Below, piece after piece: positions 40,022 through 53,300 of a stretch of DNA of 64,000 nucleotides. The position numbers and the translations under genes were made by a program. Position 1 is the stretch's first letter. Every line of letters starts with the position of its first letter. The notes below the pieces were generated by a model, which was given only the letters and a program-made list of their open reading frames with translations, made no database searches and was not told the DNA's origin. The DNA comes from the human T2T-CHM13v2.0 reference genome, Homo sapiens: assembly GCF_009914755.1 (NCBI RefSeq), contig NC_060947.1; one strand, 5' to 3'.

Positions 40022-41535
40022 TATCACATTTATCTTTATCCATTTATAGGTTGATGGACACTTATGTTGACTCCACAACTTGGCTATCATGAATAGTGCT
40101 GCAATAATCATGCGGGTGCAAATATGTCTTCAACATGCTGATTTCAAATCCTTTGGATATATACCCAGAAGTGAAATTTCTGGATTATATGCCAATTCTC
40201 TTTTTAGATATCTGAGAAACCTCCATACTGTTTTCTACTGTGGCTTTACTAATTCACATTCTCACCAACAGTATGCAAGGGTTCTCTCTTCCATATCCTT
40301 CACCAACACTTGTTACCTTTCATCTTTTTGATAATGGGTATTCGGACAAACATGAAATGATATTTCATTGTGGTTTTAATTTGCATTTCCCTGATCATTA
40401 GTGATGTTGAGCATTTTTTAATTTATGTGCTGCCATTTGTATGTATTCTTTTGAGAAATGACTGTTCAGGTACTTTGACCATTTTTTAATCTGATTATTT
40501 TCTTGATATTGATTTCTCTGAGTTACTTAAATATTTTGGATATTAATCTCTTATCAGATGTACGGCTTGAAAATATATTCTGTCATTTCATAGTTTGTTT
40601 CTTTACTCTGTTGTTACCTTTGCTGTGAGAAGTTTTTCAGTCTGACGCAATCCCATTTGTCTATTTTAGCTTTTGATGCCTGTACTTCTGGAGTCATATC
40701 CAAGAAATCATTGCCCAGACCAGTGTCATACAGCATTTCTCCTATGTTTTTTCCTAGTACTTTTATAGTTTCAGGTTTATGCTAAAGTCTTTAGTCCATT
40801 TTGAGTGGATTTTTGTATATGCTGTGAGATAGGGTCTAATTTCATTCTTCTGAATGTGGATATCCAGTTTTCCCAAAACCCTTTACTGAAGAGACTGTCC
40901 TTTTCCATTGTTTGTTCTTGGCATCTTTGTCAAAAATCAATTCACTGTAAATGCATGGGTTTCTTTTTAGGCTCCCTATTCAGTTCCATTGGTTGATGTG
41001 TCTGTTTTTATGCCTGTACCATGCTCTTTTAGCCCATCAATCCCTGGTGTTCCATTAATGGAACGCTAAGCATGTGGGAGTTATTTATATCCTACTGTTA
41101 AGTTCATCGCCAAGATCTGACTGCAAAAATTCCAAAAGTTACAACCTCAGGCCTAAATGGGTTAATTACTACATCTTTGTAATATAGTTTGAAGTCAGGT
41201 AGTGTCATGGCTTCAGCAGTTTTCTTTTTGCCCAAGATTGCCTTGGCTATTTGGTGGGGGGTGTGTGTATGTGTGTGTGTGTGCACGTGCACATGTGCAT
41301 CATGTACGTGGCTCCACAGGAATTTTGGATTTTTTTCTATTTCTGTGAAAAATGACATTGGAATTTTGATAGGAATTGCACTGAATCTATAGACCACTTT
41401 GGGGAGTCTGGACATTCTAACAAAATTAACTCTTCTAATCCGTGAACATATAATATCTTCCCATATATTTGTGTCTTCTTTGACATCTGTTTCTTTCATC
41501 AAAGTTTTGTAATTTTAAGTGTACAGATCTTTCTA
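39555..41535 (-). mobile_element. Inner 5'-truncated L1MA (MA5-8-like)
   Basis: 3' end attgacaaa.t.taattgtatatatttatgg...tgtggaatgatt.aatcaagctaa; remnant [20 protein letters not shown]; (TA)n at 39983-40023. Confidence 0.85.
41033..41161. mobile_element. MER85 non-autonomous piggyBac (PGBD3 family)
   Basis: cccat...atggg termini; ttag/ttaa flanks; gttccattaatggaacgctaagcatgtgggagttatttatatcctactg; removal restores the L1 sequence. Confidence 0.88.
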
Positions 41536-43577
41536 TAGTGTAGCAGCTATCACATTTGCCTCACTCACTGCGGTTTTCATTTGCATTTTCCTGATGATTG
41601 GTTATTTTGAGTACCTCTTCATATTCCTATTGGCTATCCGTATGTCGCCTTTGAGAAAATGTCTACTCGAGTCTTTTGCCCACTTTTATTTTTTATTTTT
41701 TTGCTATTTAGTTGTATGAATTCCGTTATATATTTTGGATATAGATCCCTTAACAGATATATGGTTTGCAAATATTTTCTCCCATTCTGTAGACTGCCTT
41801 TCCATTTTATTGATTGTTTCCTTTGCTGTGCAGAAGCTTTTTAGATACAGTCCTGCTTATCTATTTTTGCTATTTTTGCCTGTGTTTGGGGGATCATATC
41901 CAAAAAATCATTACCAAGATTACTAAGACCAATGTTAAGGAACATGTTCCCTATGTGTCTGTTTTTATGGCAGTACCATGTTTTGATTACTATAGCTTTG
42001 TAGTACAATTTAAAATCAGGAAGTGTGAGGCCTCTAACTTTGTCCTTTTTTTCTCAAGATTGCTTTGCCTATTTAGGGTCTTTCATGGTTTCATTCAAAT
42101 TTTAAGATTGTTTTTTCTATTTCTGTGAAAAATGGAATGGGAATTTTGATAGGGACTATGTTATGTATATTGCTTTGGGTGGTACAGACATTTTAGCAAT
42201 ATTAATTCTTTCAATCAATGAACGTGGGATACCTTTCCACTTATTTGTGTCTTCTTCAATTTCTTTCATCAATATTTTACAGTTTTCAGTGTAAAGATTT
42301 TTCATCTCCTTGGTTAAGTTTATTCCTCAGTATTTTTTTATGCTATGGTAAATTGGATTCTTTTGTTAATTTCTTTTGGATAATTTGTTATGATGTAAAG
42401 ATTTTGCTGCTGATTTTTGTATGTTGATTTTTATAACCTATAACTTTGCTGAATTCATTTATTAGTTCTAACAGATTTTTATGGTGTTTTTAGAGTTTTC
42501 TATATATAAGATCATGTTGTCTGAAAACAGAGACAATTTTACTTCTGCCTGTCTGATTTGGATGTCTTTTATTTCTTTTTCTCATTTAATTTATCTGGCT
42601 ACAACTTCTAGTGCTATGTTGAATAGAAGTGGTGAGAGTGGGTATACTTACCTTATGCTGCATTTTAGGGGAAAAACTTTTAGTTTTTCCTCATGGATTA
42701 TGATGTTAGCTGAGGGCTTTTCATAAATGGTCTTTATTGTATTGACATAAATTCCTTGTATACTTCTTTTGTTTAGGGTTCTTATCATGAAAGAATGTTG
42801 AAATTCGTCAAATGGTTTTTCTGCATCTCTTGAGGATTTTTTGTTTTGTTTTGTTTTTTGTTCTGTTAATGTGGTGTATCGCATTGATTAATTCGCATAT
42901 GTTGAACCATCCTTGCATCCCAGGGGTAAATCTCACTTGGTCATGGTGTATATTCCTTTTAATGTGCTGTTGAATTCATTGTGCTAGTATTTTATTGAGG
43001 ATTTTGCATCTATTTCATTAGGGCTGTAGGCCTATGATTTTCTTTTCTGTCATGTCTTTGGTTTTGGTATCAGAGTAATGCTGGTCTCACAAAATGAATT
43101 TGGAAGTGTTCCCCCTTCTATTTTTTGGAAGAGTTGGAGAAGAATTAGTATTATTTCCTCTTTGACTGTTTGGTAGAATTCACCCTTGAAGTCATCTTGC
43201 CCCGAGCTTTTCAAGAATGCCCCTCTCTCTTTCCATCTGACCCTCCTAACAATTCTAACTATTACTTCCTTCTAGCTATCTTCCCTTATTCCACCAGTGG
43301 TAAGTAATCTTTTCTTTCATAGGAACTGCACTGGGAATATTCAGTTCTATTAAATTTGCAGTTAATCTTAACCTGACTGCTCTATGCCATCTTTTTTATT
43401 GTTGCTTTGAATTTTGAAAATATCTGTACATTGTGCTTTGTGTCTTAACCACGTATTATGACCCTGGAGGGCATGGGTTTTGTTGTATCACTCTTTTGGC
43501 CCTGTGGAATCTTGAACCTAGACAATTAAACAATGTTTGTTCATATGTACAAATTAATTTATAAGTTGTCCCTAAAT

Positions 43578-43773
43578 AAGTGGCTCTCAAACTTGAATGT
43601 GCATCAGAATTACATAAAGGGTGATTAATGCAGATGAAACATGGATTGCTGGGCCCTACCCTGGGGATTCTAATTCAGTAGATCTTGGGAAGAGCCTGAT
43701 AATTTTTGTATCTAACAAATTCCAAAATGATGCTAATGCTGCTGGGACCAGAACCATACTCTGAGAACCATTG
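43578..43773. mobile_element. MER5A DNA transposon
   Basis: agtggctctcaaacttga.tgtgcatcagaat...attgctgggccc.accc...ctctgagaaccattg. Confidence 0.85.
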
Positions 43774-44759
43774 CTTTAAACCTTTGTGTCTTGAGAATAA
43801 TTGCTATACTATGGTTCCTACTATCTGGTCCTAAATTTCTACATTAGTATCTGTCTCTTTGTGTAGGTTTATAGAGGATATTACTCATTTGGAAATAATA
43901 TATACTGTAATAGTCATTCAGCCGTGGCCAGTAATCGTTTCAAATCTACTTTGGTCTATTAGTTCTAGCCTTTTTGTTCCTATCAAGTAGTATTATAAAC
44001 CCCAAACACCACGCACTCATAGTCCTACATCCTACATCCCCTTTTTTCTTGGAATGTTCAGTTATCTCCTCTTGTCATTAAGATTTTATAACTTAGCTGG
44101 AATTCTTTACTTTTCTCTTAACTCTAGTGCTCACCTTGTCTATTGATACTGTGCTTTTAAGAGGACATCTGTACCACCTGTTTCGTGAAAGAGGGTCATT
44201 CTTACAGGTCCATTCTTCCTTTTTTCTTGATATGCATCTGGAATAAAAGCATGATAAAAGCTAGGGTGTTGTGAGGGAGGGCATGAATTTGAGGGTGCTG
44301 AATTTGGAAGGGATTGGAGAAAATATTTTCATATAAAGTTTACCCTCTATGAACTTTCATAAGAATTGACTCCTTTGAAAAATCCTTACCTACTCCCATG
44401 ATTCTGGTACGGACCAGGGTTCAATAACTCTTCTAAGAACCTATAAGCCTTTCTGGTCTCTGGACTTACTATATTTTTAGCTCTTTTATTATCTCCTTGG
44501 CCATGTTGTATGTATAAAGTTCTAATAATGTTTTAAATGAAGGCCATATACCAATATAGTAGAGTTCTAGACTGACAAAGTTGGCTTTGAGGAAAAAAGG
44601 CGAATCACAAAGTGCTTTTAAGCATGAATTGAGCACAAGAGGAGAGCATGACAGTAAAGAAAAACATTTTACTATTATCCAAGTAAGTCTGAAATATGTC
44701 TTGTAAAGCAGTTGGTGGAGCTACCAAAAATGAATTAAATGAGTTTATTTGTATGGCAC

Positions 44760-45049
44760 TTTTTTTTGGTTTTTTTGAGATGGAGTCTCACTCTGTCGTC
44801 CAGACTGGAGTACAGTTGAGTGCAGACTGGATCTTGCCTCACTGCAACCTCCGCCTCCCGGGTTCAAGCAATTCTCCCGCCTCAGTCTTCCGAGTAGCTG
44901 GGACTACAGGCGCCCACCACCACGCCTGGCTAATTCTTGTATTTTTAGTAGAGACAAGGTTTCACCATGCTTGCCAGGCTGGCCTGGAACTCCTAACCTC
45001 AAGTGATCCACCCACTTTGGCCTCCCAAAGTGTTGGGATTACAGGTGAG
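44760..45049 (-). mobile_element. AluS (Sz-like), slightly 5'-truncated
   Basis: Alu dimer on the minus strand; ctcaagtgatcc variant. Confidence 0.92.
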
Positions 45050-46162
45050 GGCCTGTGCATTTTAACTTAAGTTCTGGAGTGTGTTGTGTGACAGAGTATT
45101 CATCCCAGGGGTTGGCGAAAGAACTGAGATGAAGAAGGCCAGATAGTAGTTTGTCTAAAATATTAATTTCCAAGCTAAGACTCATAGTGAAATATCAGAT
45201 ACTATGGCAGTGAGACAGAGATGCATGAAGGGGTTTAACATGTTTTTGTGAGGGATTTTGAGTGATATTGGTGCCATAAAAAAAAACTGCTTTGGTGCCC
45301 AGATAACAAAATGTGAAACAGAATGGGTAATCCCCATTCTCCTCATCTCAGTTTCTAGAGGACTCTCAGGAACATGAAACCTTCTTCACACCTTAAGGTT
45401 TCCTTGTGGTGAATCCTGAGTGAAAACACTCTTGGCCCAGATATTAAAATTCTTGTAGAAAGCACTGAAAACAATGACAGTGATGAGATGCCGCCTTCAA
45501 GTAACTTTACGGACAACCTCTAATATTAGGAAAGAAGGTAGTCATGGAAAGATGAGGGGAAACAAAGACATACTCCAAAATATATAGTTCCTGAGTTGCC
45601 ACTGAAGTCCTGAGGACCTCCCGAAAATATCTTGGCAAGAAAATGAGGCTGTGAGATGAAGGGGATGACTAGTGGCTTAAGATGCTACATTATCACTCAT
45701 AGAAGCCACAGACAGTTAATTGGTTACTTATTTCACCTACAGCCACAAACTCGTAGATTTAGGGAATCTCAATTCTGACTGTGTTAGGAGAAGAATCTGG
45801 AAACCAGCTGAATATAAGGAAATATTTTGTGTTTGCTTACTTTACTTTGCAAAGAAATCTCATGACCTAAAATAACAGAAATAAATACCAATTTGCCAAA
45901 ATAATTTTGTCATGTTGATAAATGAAGAAAAAAATGAAAAGGGTCACTGAGAATAACAGATCATTATGTACTATTTAAAATGAGACAAATTTAACCACAT
46001 AGAATATCTTGTGAATTGCAAAGGTGTCAAATGCTGCACAGAAAAGGATCTGATACAGTAAGTAGAATAAAATGAGGATGAATGGCTAATTAAATACCCC
46101 CTCGTAAACTTGTTTGTGATTGTTGGACAATATTGTATTGCTTGAAATTCACATGTTGTTTT

Positions 46163-47742
46163 ATTTTAATTTTTAATTTTTGTGGGTACATAGTAGGTGT
46201 ATATGTTTATGGGTTATATGAGATATTTTGATATAGGCCTGCAATGAATAATAATCACATCAGGGTAAGTGGGGTAAATTACCTCAAGCTTTTATCTTTT
46301 TGTTTCAAACAATTATACTTTTTCAGTTGCTTTAAAATGATCACTTACATTATTTTTTACTATAGTCACCCTGTTGTGTTAGCAAATACTAGGTCTTATT
46401 TATTATTTCTAAGTATCTTTCTGTACTCATTAACAATACCCCCCTCACCTGATACCCTTCCCAGCCTCAGGAAACCATCCTATTACTCTCTATCTCCATG
46501 AGTTCAATTGTTTTAATTTTTAGCTCCCACAAATAAGTGAGAACATGTAATGTTTGCCTTTCTGTGCCTGGCTTACTTCACTTAACATAATGACCTCCAG
46601 TTCTATCCATGTTGTCGTAAACGAAAGGGTTGCATTCTTTTTTATGCCTGAATAGTACTCCATTGTGTATATGTACCACATTTTCTTTATCCATTCATCT
46701 GTTGATGGACACTTAGGTTGCTTCCAAATCTTGGCTGTTGTGACTAGTGCTGCAATAAACATGGTAATGCAGATATCTCTTTGATACACTGATTTCCTTT
46801 CTTTTGCGTATATACCTAGGAGCGGGGTTGCTGGATTGTGTGGTAGCTCTAGTTTTAGTTTTTGAGGAACCTGGAAACTGTTCTCCATAGTGTTTGTACT
46901 AATTTACATTCCCACCAACATTGTATGAGAGCTCCTTTTTCTCCACATCCTCACCAGCATTTCTTATTGCCTGTCTTTTGGATAAAAGCCATTTTAACTG
47001 TGGTGAGGTGATAATCACATTGTAGTTTTGATTTGCGTTTCTCTGATGATCAATGATGTTGAACACAAATGGCCTGTTTGCCATTTGCATGTCTTCTTTT
47101 GAGAAATGACTACTCAAATATTTTGCCCATGTTTTTATTGGACTATTAGATTTTTTCCTATAGAGTTGTTTGGGCTCCTTCTATAGTCTGGTGATTAATC
47201 CCTTGTCAGATGGGTAGTTCACAAATATTTTCTCCCATTCTTTGAGTTGTCTCTTCACTTTGTTGATTGTTTCCTTGGCTGTGTGGAAGCTTTTTAACTT
47301 GATGTGATCCTATTTGTCCATTTTTGCTTTGGTTGCCTGTGCCTACAGAATATTACTCAAGAAGTCTTTGCCCAGTCCAGTGCCCTGGAGAGTTTCCCCA
47401 ATGTTTTCTTTCAGTAGCTTCATAGTTGGAGGTCTTATATTTAAGTCTTTAATCCATTTTGGTTTGATTTTTGTATATGGTGAGAGGTAGGGGTCTAGTT
47501 TCATTCTTCTGCATATGGATATCCAGTTTTTGCAGCACCATTTATTGAAGAGACTGTCCTTTCCCCAGTGTATGTTCTTGTTGAAAATGAGTTCACTGTC
47601 AGTGTGTGGATTTGTTTCTGGGTTCTCTATTTTGTTCCATGGGTCTATATGTCTGTTTTTATGCAGTACCATGCTGTTTTGGTTACTATATCTCTATAAT
47701 ATAATTTGAAGTCAGGTAATGTGATTCCTCCAGTTCTGTTCT
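46163..47742 (-). mobile_element. 5'-truncated L1MA2/3
   Basis: tttttgtgggtacatagtaggtgtatat.tttatggg; ORF2 remnants [11 protein letters not shown] and AKIWKQPKCPSTDEWIKKMW; 12-bp TSD. Confidence 0.92.
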
Positions 47743-48682
47743 ACACATTGTTTTTAAAGTAAGAATCATCACATTCAGACAAAAACAAAAACATGCTTAG
47801 TGAATGTAAATTTTCATCAACAATCTTATGTTTTCAATGAATAAACCCAGAATAAATAATGTAGAGACAATATAATTTTGGGTTTGCCATTTGGGTATTG
47901 GTGCCATCTTCATCACTTATTAATCCCTTAACTCTATTGCTGAGAAGTTTATAATTGTTTTAGATAAATGTCCTATGCAAAGGGTTTTGGGACTATCTGG
48001 AAAATACAGTGATTAAAAGATATTTCTTTTAGATTTTTGTTTTCCCTGACATTGAAAGCAGAGCAATATAAAACATCTTCATTTGTGTCTAAGCATTTTA
48101 AAGTCATGCATTACATTTAAATAGAAAATAAACATGAAGCCAAGAAAGAAGGTCATTATTCAAAACTCACTTTACCACTGACTCATTTAAAAATTAAGTC
48201 AAGTAATTCACAAAACCATTGTTCCTTACTGAATCACAACCTCCCTGTCAATTAAGGAAAAAGGATCAAAATAAATATCTTGCAGCTATGGCAACACAAT
48301 TTTCAAAAGACTATAAAGATAAACAGAAATGTGTTTTCAAAAGAAGAAATTTTCTTCAAAACATCAGATGCATAGTAATAGATATGCTGTGGTATTAGAT
48401 AGGATTAACACACCTCTCTGACACACACAGAAAGGAATAAAGAACACTGAGTGTAACAGTAAGAAAAGCTTAGTTGTGTGGCATTTTTCTTCGTAATTTT
48501 ATTTTAAAAATCTGACGCTAGGGTTATAATACCCAACGCCCAAAGTAAATATACTTTTGGTACCTTTTAAAACACTATTTCAAGAAAATTGAGTAGCTCT
48601 ATTTTGCTTTACAGCACTGTAGATCAAGCTTATAATGAAATAATTATTTGAGTAACAATTTTTAAATGTCTTCCTCCTTTGC

Positions 48683-48798
48683 CAAATCTAAGATTTCATG
48701 AAGGAAGAGAATATATCTCTCAGTTTCTTCATGGAATTGCGCCTACTGACTGGGACATTATAAGTCCTCAGTAGGAATATTTTTGAAAGAATAAATGA
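48683..48798 (+). mobile_element. L2 3' end
   Basis: taagatttcatgaaggaagagaa...atttttgaaagaataaatga. Confidence 0.55.
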
Positions 48799-49476
48799 GT
48801 TACCGTACATTCTCTTGAACATAGTTTTGACAATGGTCATAATTTATTGTATTTTATTTATTTGACTATTTATACACACATATTAATTTATACATTAGTA
48901 TTTACAAGAATTTGGGTTTCTGGCCTATATTTAAAAATCTAACAAGCATAGAAAAGGTTTATCTGTGGCAAAGCAGAATAAACGTTTATCTGAAAAAGAT
49001 CCTGAACCTCAAATATCTCCCTTCCTGATCCCTCATAGTCCACCACTTAAGATTTCTTTCTATTTTTCTGCACTACTTTTTCCAATGGTCTTATTTGAGA
49101 ATGCAGATTCTCTAGGGAGAGGCTTTCCAGAGTCTAGAATATATTAGTGTGAATTAGTTTTGCCATTTCACTTTTCTAATTGGGTTTTTCTGGCAAAAAC
49201 TTCATACTGAAATGATCTTGGCACAATTTTTCAGTCTCTTGATTAGTGCAGTAAAAATATATACAGGATAAAGAGGATGGAAGTTTCTAATATACTGGAG
49301 GGGAGGGTCAGGAAAGGTGTACTTTCTATTTAGTTGACAACTCTCTACCGTAATGATTTATTCAGTAATATTTTCAAATACTTAATCTTCTCTTATATAT
49401 CCTGGAGGTGATTGATTGGAGTTGTTGGTAGCTGAACCTTTCTGATATGTTTTTCGGTAAAAGTGTATTGACATAT

Positions 49477-49955
<479 letters not shown>

Positions 49956-50342
49956 AGCTAGCAGCTCTCTATAGAATGTGTAGGCATTTATCATCTATTT
50001 TTTTTTTCAGTTTTTCAGCTCTAGCCAAAATTCTGAGAAAGAAACACAATCCTATTCGATATCCTCTGACATGTCTATAAAAGACCAAACCTCTTAAAAT
50101 AATTTTGAGACCCACCCAAAGGAGAAATAACTGTAATTTTTACATTTAATGTTTGATGTATTTTTCCAAAATCATATCAGAGAGTTGATTTCATCTGTTC
50201 TTATTACCTCTTGCCTTGAAAACTGGGGAAATCAGCACTCAAATTTTCCCCCAGAAGTAATTATTCTCAAAGGGACAGGTTCTAGTCGATCCTTCATTTA
50301 CACTGACTTAAAAATAAAAGAAATCCAAATTCTCAATGAACT

Positions 50343-50470
50343 TTAGATTTAGAAGATTAGACCTGCAAGATACCATAATGATCATTCCACACAGCCAACT
50401 CAATTTACAAATGAGAAAGTGAAGGCCTAGGCAAGTGAAGTGTTTCATCACAATATTAGGTTAGGCAGAC
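50343..50470 (-). mobile_element. MIR/MIR3 fragment
   Basis: tttacaaatgagaaagtgaaggcctag..aagtgaagtg core. Confidence 0.6.
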
Positions 50471-50539
50471 CTGTCCTAGGACCTAAGTCTTCCTAAATAG
50501 GGTGCATGGCTCTTTTCAAACTACAGGCAGAGATACTTC

Positions 50540-50740
50540 TGTAGAGTGAGATAGCCTGGATTTAAGCTCTGGCTTCACCACTGACTAGCTAGGTGAGCTT
50601 AGGCAAATTGCTCATGTCTCTGAGCCTTGGTTTACTCATCTTCATAATGAATTATTATGGTAATTGAATGAGATAATGCAGGTAAAGTACTTAGTGTAGT
50701 TTTCAGTATATAATCAACACTCAGAAAGTGACCATTATTG
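50540..50740 (+). mobile_element. MIR
   Basis: cctggattt.agctctggct.caccact.actagct.ggtga.cttaggcaa...tctctgagcctt.gttt.ctcatct. Confidence 0.8.
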
Positions 50741-52053
50741 CTGCTGCCATTTTTGATGGAGAGGAAGAAAACCAGGTGTGACTTCACTGCATACATTCTC
50801 ATAAATATGAGGCATCAGGCATTTAAAAACATGCTTAGAGATGCCATAATGGGGTGTGGCACTCATGTCTGGCAGCCTTCTTATACACTCTAGTTTTCCC
50901 TGAAACCCAGGAACAAGACTGTTGGTGGAGGAAAGGAAAAACAAAACCAACTAATATGTTCCTTAGTCACTGGACCTCAGCACTTTTTGTAGCATTAAAT
51001 GTCATCGAATAAATGCTCCCTCAGAAGGCTTACCCTCTCAAGCCCCCTCTTCTATTGGAGATGTGGGGAATCAGAAACATTCACTGACCAACAGTTAGAT
51101 AATTATCTATGACTGTCAAAATACCTCAGAATAACATCTTTGGGAGGTCCAGCAAAAATCAATTATAAATGGATTTATTAGAGTAAGGATGTTCACCAGA
51201 AAGATTATTTCTCACCACTTACCTCACATATGAAGAGTTACGAAACTTTTTTCTCCCTTGATTTGGACACCAGTACAATGTAGTCTAAGAAGAATTGACT
51301 TTATTAGCAGACTCATCCATCATTGGATCATTTTGTTCTTGTGGTCCTTGCAGTCGTTTGACATCTGGTGTTAGCAATTCGGTCCAGGTTTTTAACATCT
51401 GAAAATTGAGCATCGTATCTCCTATGCCTGCCTCTGAATATTTTCAAATTTAACAGGCTAGAATGGAAGGTAGTAATACTATGTGATGTACACATCTGCT
51501 CCCATTACACAAATATTTATATGGTCCATTATCCAATGCATTTTGGATATAGCCATTCAGACACCTACAAATCCACTTAAGTGTACAATTATCCAGTTCC
51601 TTTAGTATCCTCTTCTCCACCAAAACAAAGTGATAAAGAATCCTGCCTTTCCCTTACAGAAACGACAAGAATAACCTCATGAACTTCTCCAAATATATGC
51701 ACAGTTGCTAAAATATCAACTAAATTATATTGGCCAATCATACTACACCTACTTCAGGTCAGAATCCTTTTTCTAAAACTTCCTTATTTCGCTTCAATCT
51801 TTGTTTTGTTAACTTAGAAAAACAGGAAAAAAATTGAAGATCAGCTTTTATTGACATCTAAATATACATTCTCTGAAATGAGCACATTATTGAAAGTATT
51901 ACTAGTCTTGTTCGCATACTAGACATAATTTTATATTTCATCCAGTCTAGCTACCCAAACAAACACTAGATTAATCCATGCAGTAGGTATCAGGTAAACA
52001 GCATAAGATTCTATCACACACTTCTCAAAGCAAGTATTTAAATGCTTCAGCAT

Positions 52054-52086
52054 CTGGGCGACAGAGTGAGACTCCATCTCAAAAAA
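52054..52086 (+). mobile_element. Extremely 5'-truncated Alu (27 nt plus A tail)
   Basis: ctgggcgacagagtgagactccatctc(a)9 flanked by aaatgcttcagcat / aaatgcctcaacat. Confidence 0.88.
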
Positions 52087-52528
52087 AAATGCCTCAACAT
52101 CATTCTGATTCAGTAAATAAATGAGAGTCCTAGCAATCTAAGAACTTTTCTACTCACATGGAGGCTTGCTTGTTTGACAGTCTCTCTGGGAGTTTCAAGA
52201 CACCCATCTGCAGCTGTTCTACTTTTTACTGGGCTTTATGAAACACATGCCTCACAAAGAAAAAACCATCTGCTCATTCAGGTGCAGAGTAATACTTGAG
52301 CATACTTGAGGAAGGAGAAGAGAAAAGTGGTCACTGGAAATGGATGTGGTTTTCTGGGGGTCCGTGCATGAATTATGTAACAATCCATTTCTTGTCATTA
52401 TTTAAAGCCACAATTCATAAAAGGAATACAACGTAATCATGATATATTGATGAATTTGGCTAGACTTCAAAAATGTTATCTAAAACCAAAAGGAATTTTT
52501 ATGGTTTTGTTTTTTAGTTGTACTTATT

Positions 52529-53124
52529 TGTACCAGTTATTTAGTCTTTTGTCTCTCAGCTTCAAATATACCCTTGTGTATTCTACAATGCTAAGGCTGG
52601 AACTCTGAAAACTATATTTTCTAGACACTTTGCCAGTTGTCTTCCCATTAGCTTCAACCAATAGAAGACGCTAGAGAGAGATTGGAAAGCAAGGGGGAAG
52701 AGAGGGAGCTGTTTTTGTTTCATGCCCCAGTTCCTTTCAGTTTAATTTCTTCTTGAAATTACCAGAACCAGCCTCATTGTGCCAACTCAAAGGTACCAGA
52801 AGTATTCAGGTGTTTTTGTCTCTTCAGAGGTCTGAGTTCTAGCTATCTAGGGTCTCTCTTCTGAGATCCTAAGTTACCAGAAGCAGCTGGTACCAATTCA
52901 GCCAGGCCCTCTTCCAAGCTCCTACTCTCTGGTTACTTCAACCTCTTCTCTTTTATATTCCCAGACTTAGAGATGGTAGATACTTCCTGCAGCTATCTTT
53001 GGGTTACTTTCCTTTTTACTATTTTAGCTCTCCAACATTTATATATCCAATTCTCTATATTAATTTTTTTCTGCTAAATACCTAGTGTGGTTTCTGTTTA
53101 ACTAGCTGGATTCTAACTGGTACA
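52529..53124 (+). mobile_element. LTR41-like ERVL solo LTR
   Basis: tgtaccagttat..ttgtctctcagct.caaat...ccaataga...cgctagag.gaga...acctagtgtggtttctgtt...taactggtaca. Confidence 0.7.
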
Positions 53125-53139
53125 CTAAATGACAAGCAG

Positions 53140-53300
53140 TTTAACTTCATGGAATTCTATGAGGTAATATGATTGCCCTTTTATAGAAGAGGAACATCAG
53201 GGTGAAGAGGATAAATTGCTGCCCAAAGTCACATATTTGGTGTGGAAAAGAGGCAGAAGGTTAATCTAAAGGTCCTTTACCGCATGTACCATGCTCCCTT
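53140..53300 (-). mobile_element. MIR fragment
   Basis: ctatgaggta...ttttatagaagaggaa...tgcccaaagtcaca. Confidence 0.55.

Larger units (their letters stand above)
39195..43210 (-). mobile_element. Outer L1MA/MB element (39195-~39540 and ~41564-43210), split by an inner L1MA
   Basis: Breaks at ggtatctcactg (~39538) and resumes at ctcactgcggttttcatttgcat (41564); ORF2 remnant EKPSANII..EKLKVFPL. Confidence 0.8.

Noticed and set aside
45351-45525. Exon-like stretch (ctcag acceptor; reading DIKILVESTENNDSDEMPPSS)
   Set aside because: Stop codons nearby, weak donor, no family recognised; a tblastx or junction-read search would be needed.
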